A stretch of DNA of 64,000 nucleotides from a virus (IMGVR_UViG_3300008267_000025:13674-77673); one strand, 5' to 3'; shown: positions 17,650 to 28,539, counted from the stretch's first letter. Numbers and translations: made by a program. The notes: generated by a model from the letters alone, not told the origin.

Positions 17650-18498
17650 ATGAGATATGTGGTAAGTGAATCTGAAGTAACAGAAATGGGTATTAAAATA
17701 GATAAGTTAAAGGAATTACAGCCTAAGAATTATCTAGTTAAATCTTTAAAAGACAAAGAGAAGGTTCAAAAGACTAAAGAAAATATTGGATTATTAAATA
17801 ATATTTATAACGATTTAAGGACATCGATTTCTTCTTTATCATGGAATGATTTAATATTGACACCTGAAAAAGATGAAACTTTTTATGTTGGTTTCCCTAA
17901 ACATATTCTTAAAAAAGTTACAGATTTTAATAAATTATCTCGTAAGATAGAAAAAGACGGTGGAGCACTTGAAGAAAAATATAGGTTATTAAATAACCAT
18001 TATGATTATTTAATGAGTAATGGGTTGATTAATTTGTATATTGAGAAAAAAAGAAATCGTACTCATTTTCCAGGTGGTTTACCATCTTATTTACTAGGGT
18101 TAAATTTAGGATATAAAATATATAGAAAATTAGTTGATTATTTAGGGTTTATTCAATCAAGTGAAACGGCTACCAATGAAGTACAAAACATATATCGTAA
18201 CTTAATGGAACAATCTGATTTGAATTGTGTATTAACTAAGGATAGTGTTTTAATCATGAAAAAAGAGTTATCTAAAGATGAAAAAATAAAATACATTAGT
18301 GAGTTTATTTTTGAGAAATATTATTATGACCGTAAAAGTAAACCATTTGTTATAGGTAAAAATTTGGTGTTTGATAAACAGTTAGAAAGAGAATTAAACC
18401 CGAATAAACTTATGTTATTACTAACTGAATTATTCACGTATTATAAATCAAATAAAAGAGAACCGTTCAAAGGTAGATTATTCACTTATAATTCTTAA
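17650..18498 (+). CDS. Hypothetical protein
   Basis: 282 aa ORF after TATTTAT; MRYVVSES start. Confidence 0.7.
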   Translation: MRYVVSESEVTEMGIKIDKLKELQPKNYLVKSLKDKEKVQKTKENIGLLNNIYNDLRTSISSLSWNDLILTPEKDETFYVGFPKHILKKVTDFNKLSRKIEKDGGALEEKYRLLNNHYDYLMSNGLINLYIEKKRNRTHFPGGLPSYLLGLNLGYKIYRKLVDYLGFIQSSETATNEVQNIYRNLMEQSDLNCVLTKDSVLIMKKELSKDEKIKYISEFIFEKYYYDRKSKPFVIGKNLVFDKQLERELNPNKLMLLLTELFTYYKSNKREPFKGRLFTYNS

Positions 18499-18604
18499 TA
18501 TAAAAATAATGTAAACCTGATTCATATTGTTTTTTTTTTATTAAAATGAACTATTTATATAATAGTACATTTTAAATAAACATAAAAAAACAATTAAAAA
18601 ATTT

Positions 18605-21007
18605 ATGCCTTTACAAGTAATAAATGGAGTTGGTAAAGCCGGTATTAGACCAACAACAACTTCATCAGTATCAACCGTTGATACGGATGCTCAAGCATTC
18701 TTAACCGCAGCTGTAATAACTGACACAACTCAAGTCAATGCGGTAAACGAATTAGTTTTAGATTTAAAAGCAGCAGGTATTTGGACAAAAATGAAAGCTC
18801 TCTACCCAATGGTTGGTGGAACTGCGACAACACATAAGTGGAACTTAAAAGACCCAAGAGATGTTGATGCTGCTTATCGTTTGGTATTTAATGGTGGTGG
18901 TACTCATGGACCTAATGGATATCAACCAAATGGTACCGATGCTTATGCGGATAGTAAATTAACACCTTCAAATATATTATCATTGAATAGTACCCATATT
19001 TCTTATTATTCCCTAACATCAGCGGCAACAAGTGTTGATATGGGGTGTCAAATTGTAGGAGCTAGTTTATATATTTACTGTCGAGATGCTAATTCATATA
19101 CATACACAAGAGTAAATACGTGGGGTTCTAATACCGATACTTTTGTTTATAATCCTGATGGTAAAGGTTTATATATTTCAAATAGGAATTCCTCAACAAT
19201 TCAAAGTAGTATAAAAAACAATATAATAACTAACTCAAACATAACCTCAGTAAGTAGACCAAATGTGCCTATATATATTGGTGCTATAAATAATCCTACA
19301 ATATATTATGGTAATAAGGAATGTGCATTCTCATCAATAGGTGATGGTTTAACAGACTTAGAATCAAATTTATTCTACCAAATCGTTGAAAAATATCAAG
19401 TTGCTTTAGGAAGAAATATAAACACAACTAAATCATTCTATTTCAATAGAAATTATTCAAATGAAACCAATGCATTTATTTTCAATGGTTCTATCACCGG
19501 TACTACTCAAATATCAGCAGTTAATACTTTAGTTAGTGATTTAAAGACAACAGGACTTTGGACAAAAATGAAAGCTGTTTATCCAATGGTTGGTGGAACT
19601 GCATTATCACATAAGTTCAACTTAGCTAATCCGGTGGATACTAATGAAGCATTTAGATTAACATTTTATGGAGGTGGTACACATAGTTCAACTGGGTATC
19701 AACCTAATGGGACTGATGCTTATGCTGACACTAACTTAACACCATCAACATCATTATCATTGAATAGTACACATATTAGTTATTATTCAAGAACGAATGT
19801 TTCCAATAATGGTTACGAAATGGGGTGTGCTACATTAACAACTGAAGCTCAATATTTACTTTTGATTTGTCGGTATAGTAGTGGTATAATGTACTCAACT
19901 ATTAATACACCACAATCAAGAGTAAGTCTCACAACCGGTTCTAATACCATTTCCACAGGTTTATTTATTGGTAATAGAACAGCGTCTAATGTCGTTAGTG
20001 GTTTTAGAGATACCACAAAAACAGTAAGTTCTTCGGCAGCATCAGGAACATTACCATCACATAAAGTTTTAATTGGTGGAACCTCTAATTATGGGACACC
20101 AGGTAACTTTTCAACAAAAGAATGTGCGTTTGCATCCATCGGTGACGGTTTAACTGATATGGAATCAAACTTATTTTACCAAATTGTTGAGAAATTCCAA
20201 AATGCTTTAGGAAGAAATATAAATACAACACAACCATTCTATTATAGTAGTGGATATACTAACGAAACGAATGCGTTCATTAATAATGGAGGAATTACAG
20301 ATGCTACTCAAATATCAGCTGTTAATACTTTAGTTACTACATTGAAAACTGCCGGTGTTTGGTCAAAAATGAAAGCTGTTTATCCAATGGTTGGTGGAAC
20401 TGTATTATCACATAAATTTAACTTGGTTAATCCGGTTGATACTGATGCTGCTTATCGTTTGGTGTTTAATGGTGGTTGGGTTCATAGTGCAACCGGTGCT
20501 TTACCTAATGGTAGTAATGCTTATGCCGATACTAAATTAATACCTCTAAATAATATAGCAATAGGTTCAATACACTCTAGTTACTATTCAAGAACTAATG
20601 TTGAAAGAACTTCAATTGAAATCGGTACATGGCAGGGTGCCGGGTATCATTACACAAATTTACAATTGAGAAATATTGGTAACATATCATTAGCTACTAT
20701 ACAACAGACTACCGGTACCTACCCTTACTTTACGGACACCAATTCACTAGGATTGTATATAGGCTCACGTATATCAAGTTCAATTAATATCTATAAAAAT
20801 GGTTCTTTAAGGTCAACAACTACTTGGGGTGCAACTGGAAACTCTGACATTAGTTTTTATATAGGTAATACACACGGTAATACACAATATTATTCGAATA
20901 GAGAATGTGCCTTTGCATCCATCGGTGATGGTTTAACTGACGCTGAGGTATTAGCATATTATAATGCGGTACAGGCGTTCCAAACAACCTTAAATCGTCA
21001 AGTGTAA
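18605..21007 (+). CDS. Virion structural/fibre-like protein with three tandem lectin (LamG-like) modules
   Basis: Three ~260 aa repeats: AF...ITD.TQ..AVN.LV..LK..G.WTKMKA.YPMVGG ... ECAF.SIGDGLTD; Ser/Thr/Gly-rich. Confidence 0.7.
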   Translation: MPLQVINGVGKAGIRPTTTSSVSTVDTDAQAFLTAAVITDTTQVNAVNELVLDLKAAGIWTKMKALYPMVGGTATTHKWNLKDPRDVDAAYRLVFNGGGTHGPNGYQPNGTDAYADSKLTPSNILSLNSTHISYYSLTSAATSVDMGCQIVGASLYIYCRDANSYTYTRVNTWGSNTDTFVYNPDGKGLYISNRNSSTIQSSIKNNIITNSNITSVSRPNVPIYIGAINNPTIYYGNKECAFSSIGDGLTDLESNLFYQIVEKYQVALGRNINTTKSFYFNRNYSNETNAFIFNGSITGTTQISAVNTLVSDLKTTGLWTKMKAVYPMVGGTALSHKFNLANPVDTNEAFRLTFYGGGTHSSTGYQPNGTDAYADTNLTPSTSLSLNSTHISYYSRTNVSNNGYEMGCATLTTEAQYLLLICRYSSGIMYSTINTPQSRVSLTTGSNTISTGLFIGNRTASNVVSGFRDTTKTVSSSAASGTLPSHKVLIGGTSNYGTPGNFSTKECAFASIGDGLTDMESNLFYQIVEKFQNALGRNINTTQPFYYSSGYTNETNAFINNGGITDATQISAVNTLVTTLKTAGVWSKMKAVYPMVGGTVLSHKFNLVNPVDTDAAYRLVFNGGWVHSATGALPNGSNAYADTKLIPLNNIAIGSIHSSYYSRTNVERTSIEIGTWQGAGYHYTNLQLRNIGNISLATIQQTTGTYPYFTDTNSLGLYIGSRISSSINIYKNGSLRSTTTWGATGNSDISFYIGNTHGNTQYYSNRECAFASIGDGLTDAEVLAYYNAVQAFQTTLNRQV

Positions 21008-21078
21008 TTAAACTACATAAAACTAAAGAAACCCCATCTATGTGGGGTTTTTTTATTTAAATGATATAATTATATATT

Positions 21079-21210
21079 ATGAAATTAATAGATATTTTAA
21101 ATGAAGGGAAACAATTAACATTTGAAGAGTTTTCTGAGAAGAGGTATAATGGTGCTAATAAGAAAACGGGTTGGAGTGTTGATAGTCCCCGTACTGTATC
21201 TATCGTTTAA
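21079..21210 (+). pseudogene. Short ORF/remnant with leader motif
   Basis: MKLIDILNEGKQLTFEEFSEKR..., only 43 aa; upstream TATAATTATA is a degenerate TATTTAT. Confidence 0.35.
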
Positions 21211-21304
21211 TGGGGGGATACTTAATAACCCATTTTAAGTATCACATATAATAAATATAATCCAAAACATAGTTATGGTGTTAAATAATTGTTAAGAAAA
21301 CAAT

Positions 21305-21589
21305 ATGAATGATAAGGTAAATAAAATACATAAGGTTATTGATAGGATAGTATTATCTAAGTATGATGTTTTGGATAGTGTTAATATAACTCAATTTCAT
21401 GAAAATAATGATGTTTATGATATTAGATTTACTTGTAATGGTGAAATTGATTGTAAGGTTCAGAATAAGGTTGAAGAGGATGTGTTAATGTTATTTATTT
21501 CGATGGGTTATAGTAAGACAGATAATGATATAACCGTTCTTTTTACGAATGACGGTATTAAGTGGTATAAATGTTATGAAGTTAATTAG
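21305..21589 (+). CDS. Hypothetical protein
   Basis: 94 aa ORF. Confidence 0.6.
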   Translation: MNDKVNKIHKVIDRIVLSKYDVLDSVNITQFHENNDVYDIRFTCNGEIDCKVQNKVEEDVLMLFISMGYSKTDNDITVLFTNDGIKWYKCYEVN

Positions 21590-22154
21590 AATTTTATTAT
21601 TAATAATTCCGGGTTTTCTTTATTCACAAAACGATACTATTATCACTAAGAAAAATTACCGTGTAAAATATTCTCAGAAATATAAGCAACCTATTTGGAT
21701 TGAGTATGGTGTTAAAACTAAAGAATGTAATACGACTAGAAAGGGGATGACTTTTTACCCTGAGAAAGGAGTTATTACAAGTAACGATATTGATTACGAT
21801 AATAATATCTATGATAAGGGGCATATGGTTCCGGCTGCGGATTTTTGTCATGATAAATTTTTAATGCATCTGACATTTTCATATTTAAATTGTGCTTTAC
21901 AACATTATCATTTAAATCGAGGTGTTTGGAAAGAACTTGAGGAGTTGGAAAGGGAATACGGAAAAAAGGATTCATTGATTATTAAAATAGATATATTATT
22001 CAATAATAAAACAAATAAAAGTAAAGGTAATTCACTAATCCCATCAGGTTTTAGAAAAACAATTATTTTTTATTCAACTAAGAAAAAATTGGTATATGAA
22101 TTCCCTAATATTGAACCTAATAAACCATTATTAGGATATTTATTAAAAAAATAG
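21576..22154 (+). CDS. Secreted DNA/RNA non-specific endonuclease (NucA/EndA family)
   Basis: Signal peptide MKLIRILLLIIPGFLYSQ; YDKGHMVPAADF, NRGVWKELE. Confidence 0.9.
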   Translation: MKLIRILLLIIPGFLYSQNDTIITKKNYRVKYSQKYKQPIWIEYGVKTKECNTTRKGMTFYPEKGVITSNDIDYDNNIYDKGHMVPAADFCHDKFLMHLTFSYLNCALQHYHLNRGVWKELEELEREYGKKDSLIIKIDILFNNKTNKSKGNSLIPSGFRKTIIFYSTKKKLVYEFPNIEPNKPLLGYLLKK

Positions 22155-22164
22155 AAACTTAATT

Positions 22165-23448
22165 ATGAAAATTATTTTAACCGAAAAACAATGTGAGTCA
22201 TTAATACATTTACTTAAAGAACAATCGTCTGATGGTGTTTTTATTAATACAACGTATGATAAATCATTTGATTATAAATTAGATAATGGTAAATATTATT
22301 TTAAAGGTAAAGGGTTAAAATCAAAACAATTTCCAGATTGGACTGAGGCGACAGGCAAGGCTTTGGATAGTATTAAAACTAAGGTAAAGTTTATTGATAA
22401 AAAAAATTATATATCTCCGGTTAATGATTATAGAAAATCAACAACTAATACTAATAAGGTTACTAATACTAATATTAATAATATATCATCAATTAGTACT
22501 AATTGTCAGAAAATTAGTCCTAATAGTAAAGATATTGTTGATTTAAATGAAATTATTCGTTATTGGGGTGAAAAATATCCTAATTATAATGTGTACGATT
22601 TAATTAATGGTATTAAAGATAAGTTAGCTAATATGTATAAAACTAAAGATATACCGACAGAAATTTCTTGTGAAATTGCGTTAATACAAATTAGACCAAC
22701 ATATAAAGATAAAAATGCAATTATCGTCGATACATTTAATAAACTAATCTATATATTCTCACCTAATGGTAAATTTATTGGGAAAAGTGATATTATTTCA
22801 GGTAAAAATGAACAATCCGTTGACCCAAAAGTGATAGCTAACGCATTATTAACTTGGGAACAAAAAGCTAATGAATTAGGATTTAAATGGGTTGATGGTA
22901 AAGGTTATGTTAATTTAAAAAAACCTAATGAAAAATATGATGAAAAAAAAATATTTGATTATATAGATAAAAAGGGGACACGTTTTTTACCTAAAGGGGT
23001 GTATAGTACATCAAATAAAGTTGACAGTGCTTCTGAGTATGCGGGAGGTAAAGATAATTTATTACGTTTATTTAAAGGTAATACAGAAGTTACACAAGCA
23101 ATTCACGGTTACTATGTTGAGCAACCTAGAACTGAAGCGTTAAAAAAAGCAAGACAAGTGTTATCTAATCCTAATGACCCTAAAGTAAGTAATGAATTTT
23201 TAAAGATGGTTCAAGGAGGTGATGTTACATTAAATCAATCATATGGTTGTATTAATTTACCTAAAGAATTTTTACCTATGTTAAAAAAATATATGGTTAA
23301 TTCATATGTTTTTAATATAGGTGAAGACAGAAAAAATTATTTAGTTCAAGCAGATAAGGTTGAGAATTATTTTGATAAAATGATGAATACTGAGGGATGT
23401 CCATCACCAAAATATTTAGGGATGGAACCATTAACAGGTATTGCTTAA
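22165..23448 (+). CDS. L,D-transpeptidase (YkuD)-like protein with leader
   Basis: IIVD..NKLIYIF, LPKGVY, AIHG, SYGCINL. Confidence 0.7.
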   Translation: MKIILTEKQCESLIHLLKEQSSDGVFINTTYDKSFDYKLDNGKYYFKGKGLKSKQFPDWTEATGKALDSIKTKVKFIDKKNYISPVNDYRKSTTNTNKVTNTNINNISSISTNCQKISPNSKDIVDLNEIIRYWGEKYPNYNVYDLINGIKDKLANMYKTKDIPTEISCEIALIQIRPTYKDKNAIIVDTFNKLIYIFSPNGKFIGKSDIISGKNEQSVDPKVIANALLTWEQKANELGFKWVDGKGYVNLKKPNEKYDEKKIFDYIDKKGTRFLPKGVYSTSNKVDSASEYAGGKDNLLRLFKGNTEVTQAIHGYYVEQPRTEALKKARQVLSNPNDPKVSNEFLKMVQGGDVTLNQSYGCINLPKEFLPMLKKYMVNSYVFNIGEDRKNYLVQADKVENYFDKMMNTEGCPSPKYLGMEPLTGIA

Positions 23449-23484
23449 TTTGGATAATTCAAATAGTTTTATTAATTTTGGATT

Positions 23485-24132
23485 ATGAAAAAATTAGTAA
23501 CTATAACCTCGGTATTTGTTTTATTAACATCGTTTATAACAGTTGGTTTTTTAAATAAAAAACCTACTAAAAAAATAACTCCGTATAAACACATAATTAA
23601 ACAAAAGATTAGTAAACCTAAGAATGTTATTTATATACAAACATTAGGTGATTTTGACTCAAAATATATTATTGAGGTACAAAAGACTCTTGAGAAATTT
23701 TATGATGTTAAAACAGTTTTAAAACCCAAAATTAATTTAAGTGATGATATTTTAGCCGGTAGTAAAACCAGATATGACGCTGATAAAATTTTAAATAAAT
23801 TTGATTCTAAAGAAAATCTATTGTTGTTAATTGAAAAAGATATTGCTTGTAAAGATGGTAAAAAACCTGAATGGGGTATATTTGGTTTAGGTTTTTGTCC
23901 TGGTAAGACTTGTGTTATTTCAACATTTCGATTAAAAAACAAAGTATCTGAGAGTAAAATAATCGAGCGTTTAGTAAAAGTATGTGTCCATGAAATTGGT
24001 CATAATTTAGGATTAGACCATTGTCAGACTAATTTAAATTGTATGATGAGTGCCGCTAACGGAACTATTAAAACCATAGATAAAAATAAAATATGGTTTT
24101 GTAAAAATTGTATGAAAAAAATTAAAAAATAA
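23485..24132 (+). CDS. Archaemetzincin-like Zn metalloprotease, membrane-anchored/secreted
   Basis: HEIGHNLGLDHC...CMM, FCKNC; N-terminal hydrophobic segment. Confidence 0.85.
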   Translation: MKKLVTITSVFVLLTSFITVGFLNKKPTKKITPYKHIIKQKISKPKNVIYIQTLGDFDSKYIIEVQKTLEKFYDVKTVLKPKINLSDDILAGSKTRYDADKILNKFDSKENLLLLIEKDIACKDGKKPEWGIFGLGFCPGKTCVISTFRLKNKVSESKIIERLVKVCVHEIGHNLGLDHCQTNLNCMMSAANGTIKTIDKNKIWFCKNCMKKIKK

Positions 24133-24196
24133 TATGAGTAAAATCTCGTGATATAAGAAGGACTTTAGATTTCGAATAAATTTATTATATTTTTTT

Positions 24197-24382
24197 ATGA
24201 CAGAATTACAAAAAGCACAAATTTACGGGCAATTGTTAAATGAACATACTCGTATAGGAAATAAGATTTCCGAAATTAAAGGTCAAAATATTGACTTAAC
24301 TCCCGAACATCGTAAACAAATATCAGAATTAGAAAATATTCAAATTCAGATTATGTTAAGGATAAAAAAATTAATGAGTTAA
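24197..24382 (+). CDS. Small coiled-coil hypothetical protein
   Basis: 61 aa ORF. Confidence 0.6.
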   Translation: MTELQKAQIYGQLLNEHTRIGNKISEIKGQNIDLTPEHRKQISELENIQIQIMLRIKKLMS

Positions 24383-24418
24383 TTCTCATTAATTTTTTTT
24401 TTGTGGATATTTATTTTT

Positions 24419-24955
24419 ATGGAAAATAATTTTAACCAAGAATTAAATAAAATAAATTATCTTTTTAACTATTCTAGAGGACTTGTTATTAGTGAACAAG
24501 TAACTACGTCAGGTAACACATCAGGCGGAACTACTTCAACCGGTAGTACCGTTACGGATAAAGAAGTTACACGTTTATGTTCCGATTATAAATCAACTGA
24601 TTTAGGGTTAACCAAATCAATAACCGTTAATGGTTATGATATATATAACGATAAAAATGGTAAACCATTTTGTAAGAAAAAAATAGAACCGATTACCGAA
24701 GAGTCTGATATTGAACCTGTTAATCAGGGATTTAAAGTAGAACCTAACGTCAGATTTCAACCCAGAGAGAAAGAAATACAAGGGATATTTGGTAAATATG
24801 ATGAAATAATACCTAATGATATTTTACGTTATATGAGGAAGAATCCTCAGTTAGTTATGAATAGATTAGCTAAAATCTATGGTGAAAAATTTTTAGATTA
24901 CGCTGAAAAAGCATATGTTAAAGTAAATTGGAAAGATGAAAATAATATTGACTGA
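24419..24955 (+). CDS. Hypothetical protein with leader
   Basis: ELNKINYLFNYSRGLVISEQ; TATTTAT upstream. Confidence 0.7.
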   Translation: MENNFNQELNKINYLFNYSRGLVISEQVTTSGNTSGGTTSTGSTVTDKEVTRLCSDYKSTDLGLTKSITVNGYDIYNDKNGKPFCKKKIEPITEESDIEPVNQGFKVEPNVRFQPREKEIQGIFGKYDEIIPNDILRYMRKNPQLVMNRLAKIYGEKFLDYAEKAYVKVNWKDENNID

Positions 24956-25412
24956 AACACAATATAATCGTTTACGTCAAACGATTGATGACTTATATGA
25001 TAAGTTGAATCGTGGTGAAAAATTAACACCATATGATGAAATTAAATTTAAACGATTTTCAAAACATATTGAGAGAGGTGGTGATGAATCAGATTTTACT
25101 AATGATGAAATGGATTCAAACCCAAATGAAGGGATGGTGTTCAATTATGAATTAAATGGTAAAACATTTAAATTCGTATTTTCAGAAATAATAACAAATG
25201 AAAATGATATTGAACTTTCAGGTGAAATATTATATGATGGCGATAAATACCATGGTGTTATTGTAGTTGATAAATCAGGTTATTTAACAGATTTTGATTT
25301 TTATAATATCGATAATGTTGATAGTAAATTACAAGACATTTTAAAAAATGATAAAACTTATTATGAAATTGAGAATTTCATAATTGAAGAAATTGTACCT
25401 AAACTATTATGA
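24936..25412 (+). CDS. Hypothetical protein with leader
   Basis: MKIILTETQYNRL; IDDLYDKL motif resembles 2588 protein. Confidence 0.7.
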   Translation: MKIILTETQYNRLRQTIDDLYDKLNRGEKLTPYDEIKFKRFSKHIERGGDESDFTNDEMDSNPNEGMVFNYELNGKTFKFVFSEIITNENDIELSGEILYDGDKYHGVIVVDKSGYLTDFDFYNIDNVDSKLQDILKNDKTYYEIENFIIEEIVPKLL

Positions 25413-26452
25413 ATACATCTGAAAAATTAAAAAAATTAATAAATTCTTTAGGAATTCTAAATACAATACAACAATTTGGGGGATTTGATGAAGCCATTAA
25501 AATATTTTCTCGTTTTCCTGAATTAAAACCATTGATTGATGAGAAATTAGGTGGTAAATCGTATTTTAATATAATACCTGACAGTACGGGTGTTATTCGG
25601 TCATTTTTTAATTTTATAATACGTGATATCGATATTGATTATGAGGATTTCATTACATTAAACGTTGATTTTTTAATTGACTTCAACAATTTATCAGAAG
25701 ATGAAATTCAATTGTTGAAAGATTGGGTATATACACTTTGTTTAGACCTTGATTTTTATTATATAAAAACTAATGATAAACATTTTGAAGAAGGTCATGT
25801 TTCATTATATCCATATAGTTTTAATGGCGTTAAGTATAAACAAAATAGACTTAAAACTTACGATAATGATGAAAAAATATATAATATATTAACTAAGACA
25901 GGATTTTTTAATAAAAATATTAACGAATCGATTCAATTTTTAAAAGAAAGTTCCATTTATAAAAAAGGTTATAGTCTTTCTCCAAGTTCTTGGTTGAAAT
26001 CGTTTATAAAAACTGAGGAAGGCGATTCAGTTAATAAAGGTCAACCGATGTTAAATGCGTATGAAATTGCCGGTGATTTAACTATTGGATATGGTCACAC
26101 AACAGGTGATGTTTTACCAACTGTCACGTCAGGTATGAAAATAACTAAAAATCAAGCTGAAACAATATTAAATAATGATTTAAGTTATTCTGCGAATTGT
26201 GTTAGACGTATTTTTAAAGAATGGGAAGATAATGGAATTAATGTACCAATAACTCAAAATATGTTTGATGTGTTAGTATCATTAACATTTAATGCTGGAT
26301 GTGGGTCGGTTAGAACTTCCGCCTTTATTAAATCATTAAAACGAAAAAAATATAAAACAGCAGCTGAACAAATTAAAACATTTAATGTTAAATCAGGTTA
26401 TAAAGGTCTAATTAATAGAAGACAACAAGAATCTGAAAAATTTATCTCTTAA
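25409..26452 (+). CDS. Protein with C-terminal GH24 phage lysozyme domain
   Basis: FIKTEEG, TIGYGHT, ITQNMFDVLVSLTFNAG, GLINRRQQE. Confidence 0.88.
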   Translation: MNTSEKLKKLINSLGILNTIQQFGGFDEAIKIFSRFPELKPLIDEKLGGKSYFNIIPDSTGVIRSFFNFIIRDIDIDYEDFITLNVDFLIDFNNLSEDEIQLLKDWVYTLCLDLDFYYIKTNDKHFEEGHVSLYPYSFNGVKYKQNRLKTYDNDEKIYNILTKTGFFNKNINESIQFLKESSIYKKGYSLSPSSWLKSFIKTEEGDSVNKGQPMLNAYEIAGDLTIGYGHTTGDVLPTVTSGMKITKNQAETILNNDLSYSANCVRRIFKEWEDNGINVPITQNMFDVLVSLTFNAGCGSVRTSAFIKSLKRKKYKTAAEQIKTFNVKSGYKGLINRRQQESEKFIS

Positions 26453-26480
26453 TTTAATAAAAAATGTTTAAATTTGTATT

Positions 26481-26789
26481 ATGAAATACGATACACATAA
26501 TCAAATACAAATAAATTCAGATGGTACTTCACATAAATGTGATATTATCACAAATTATAATAATTTAGTAAAATTGTTTGGTGAACCTTTAAAAGGTAGT
26601 TCTGATGGTAAAACAGATGCCGAATGGGTTATTAAGTTAGAAAATGGTGATATTTTTACCATTTATAACTGGAAAAACGGTAAAAATTATGGTAATTCAG
26701 ATATATCAAGTATAAATGAATGGACTATAGGGGGGTATAAAAATACCTCACTTACTGTGATTGAAAAACTTATAAATGACTCTAACTGA
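26481..26789 (+). CDS. Phage hypothetical protein
   Basis: LFGEP...GKTDAEW..TIYNWK..EWTIGG. Confidence 0.7.
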   Translation: MKYDTHNQIQINSDGTSHKCDIITNYNNLVKLFGEPLKGSSDGKTDAEWVIKLENGDIFTIYNWKNGKNYGNSDISSINEWTIGGYKNTSLTVIEKLINDSN

Positions 26790-27036
26790 AAAATATAAAC
26801 ATTTAGATGTATTTAAACCATACGTGGTTTTTTTCTTAAACAGCGTTTATAACAAAAAAGGTGAACCAATAATTATTGATTATATGGAAGGATTTCTACC
26901 ACCTAAAGAACATGAAGAGTTTAGAAAAAAAATTTTATCACAACATAAATCTATGATAAATTTTAATCATACGTTAATCGAATTGTGTAAAACAAATATT
27001 GAAATTTTCAATTTGTTCTATAACGAAAAAAAATAA
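26776..27036 (+). CDS. Hypothetical protein
   Basis: 86 aa ORF. Confidence 0.55.
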   Translation: MTLTEKYKHLDVFKPYVVFFLNSVYNKKGEPIIIDYMEGFLPPKEHEEFRKKILSQHKSMINFNHTLIELCKTNIEIFNLFYNEKK

Positions 27037-27085
27037 TCGTTTATACACTTATATGATTTCATAATATTTATAATAAAAAAATATT

Positions 27086-27340
27086 ATGAAAAAAACTTCT
27101 ACTGTAATTTATTTTCTAGTGACAACAATTGGTGTATTTTTATATTGGTCTAATGTTAGATTTTGGCTTTTAGATGATGTTGATTTATTTCCAATTATAA
27201 TGGGTGGTATAGCCGCTAATGGCGCATTTATCGCTAACATTGTATTAACCATAATTGAACAAAATGAGATTTATAAATCCAAAAATAATAATGAAGATAT
27301 GTGGTTAGTTAAAAACTTTAAAAGTATTTTTAAAAAATAA
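27086..27340 (+). CDS. Small 2-TM membrane protein
   Basis: Two hydrophobic segments. Confidence 0.6.
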   Translation: MKKTSTVIYFLVTTIGVFLYWSNVRFWLLDDVDLFPIIMGGIAANGAFIANIVLTIIEQNEIYKSKNNNEDMWLVKNFKSIFKK

Positions 27341-27343
27341 TTA

Positions 27344-27724
27344 ATGTTTATAATAGGTTTAATATTGGTCTTATTATCAGGAATTGCTGAAGCGATTATG
27401 GATAAAATCCAATTTCATTTTGATAAATCAATTTTTGTAAATTACAATCAAGACTTTTGGAATCCTACTTTATCTTGGAAAAATAAATGGAGGTCGGATT
27501 TGAAAACTGAGAAATTTATATGGTCATCCAGTTTATTTGTTTTCGTAACAGACGGTTGGCATTTGTCTAAATTTTTTAGAAATCTATTTTTATTTGTCGG
27601 TATACCAATCGTCTGTTACTACTCAGATAATATTATATTAAGTTGTATTATTTGTAGAATATGTTTCGGTATTAGTTTCACATTTTTTTTTAATGTGATT
27701 TTTAAGCGAAGTCATCAACATTAA
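27344..27724 (+). CDS. Membrane protein
   Basis: Hydrophobic; SWKNKW...TDGWH motif. Confidence 0.65.
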   Translation: MFIIGLILVLLSGIAEAIMDKIQFHFDKSIFVNYNQDFWNPTLSWKNKWRSDLKTEKFIWSSSLFVFVTDGWHLSKFFRNLFLFVGIPIVCYYSDNIILSCIICRICFGISFTFFFNVIFKRSHQH

Positions 27725-28505
27725 ATGATTTTGAAGCCGCTATTGCTTCATCACTACTAAACTTACTTTTACCGCCGGCGTTAATATTTGCGAAATATTC
27801 GGCAGCTTCTTCCTTAGAATTAAATTTAGGTAGGCTTGAAGCTGGTTTATCATTAGTTAAAAACTTAATAGCTATTTTTGCTGAAATTTCAGGTTTATTT
27901 ACTAATTCAGGATTTGATATTAAATCAACCCCTATCATATCTCCGTATTTTTTATAATTACCTCTACCTGTTAAACCATTCAAACCTCTTCCAATATATT
28001 TCCAACCATCACCAGGTTCGGTATTACCTAAACGAATACCTGAATCTTTACCATAAACAGTTTCAAAAAATAATTTATCATCTTTTTTAATTGCTGTTAA
28101 TTCTTCATCTGAAAATTTAGAAACACGATTACCAAAAATACTTCTAATTCTTGAATTACTTGTATTAGAGTATGAAATTTCATTTTGAGGTTTAAAACCA
28201 CTTTCTTTTTTAATGACTGATAAAATACCAATTTGTTGTAATGGGTCTTTAATACCTTCATTCTTCATTTCATCTACAATATATTTAATCATTTCTTTTT
28301 CATTAGCGTTAAATGAACCAGTATTAAAATCGGTATCAATTTGAGATGGTTTATCTTTTAAGTGTTTTTTAGCAGAATCTATCACATTTTGTAAAAAATC
28401 AGTTTTATTTAAAACGATATCAGATAATGAATCTGATTCATTTAAATTATACATACGTTTAATCTCATTTTTTTCAGACTCAGTTATTATTAATTTTTTT
28501 TTCAT
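27702..28505 (-). CDS. GH19-family (chitinase/lysozyme-like) glycoside hydrolase with leader
   Basis: KESGF..NE, GDGWKYIGRGLNGLTGRGNY, DLISNPELV. Confidence 0.85.
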   Translation of the reverse strand: MKKKLIITESEKNEIKRMYNLNESDSLSDIVLNKTDFLQNVIDSAKKHLKDKPSQIDTDFNTGSFNANEKEMIKYIVDEMKNEGIKDPLQQIGILSVIKKESGFKPQNEISYSNTSNSRIRSIFGNRVSKFSDEELTAIKKDDKLFFETVYGKDSGIRLGNTEPGDGWKYIGRGLNGLTGRGNYKKYGDMIGVDLISNPELVNKPEISAKIAIKFLTNDKPASSLPKFNSKEEAAEYFANINAGGKSKFSSDEAIAASKSFNVDDFA

Positions 28506-28523
28506 GGGTAAAAATGTTTAATT

Positions 28524-28539
28524 ATAAATATTTATAACT
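28524..28539. promoter_or_regulatory. Palindromic bidirectional TATTTAT promoter
   Basis: TTATAAATATTTATAA between divergent genes (similar arrangement near 47884-47899). Confidence 0.55.
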
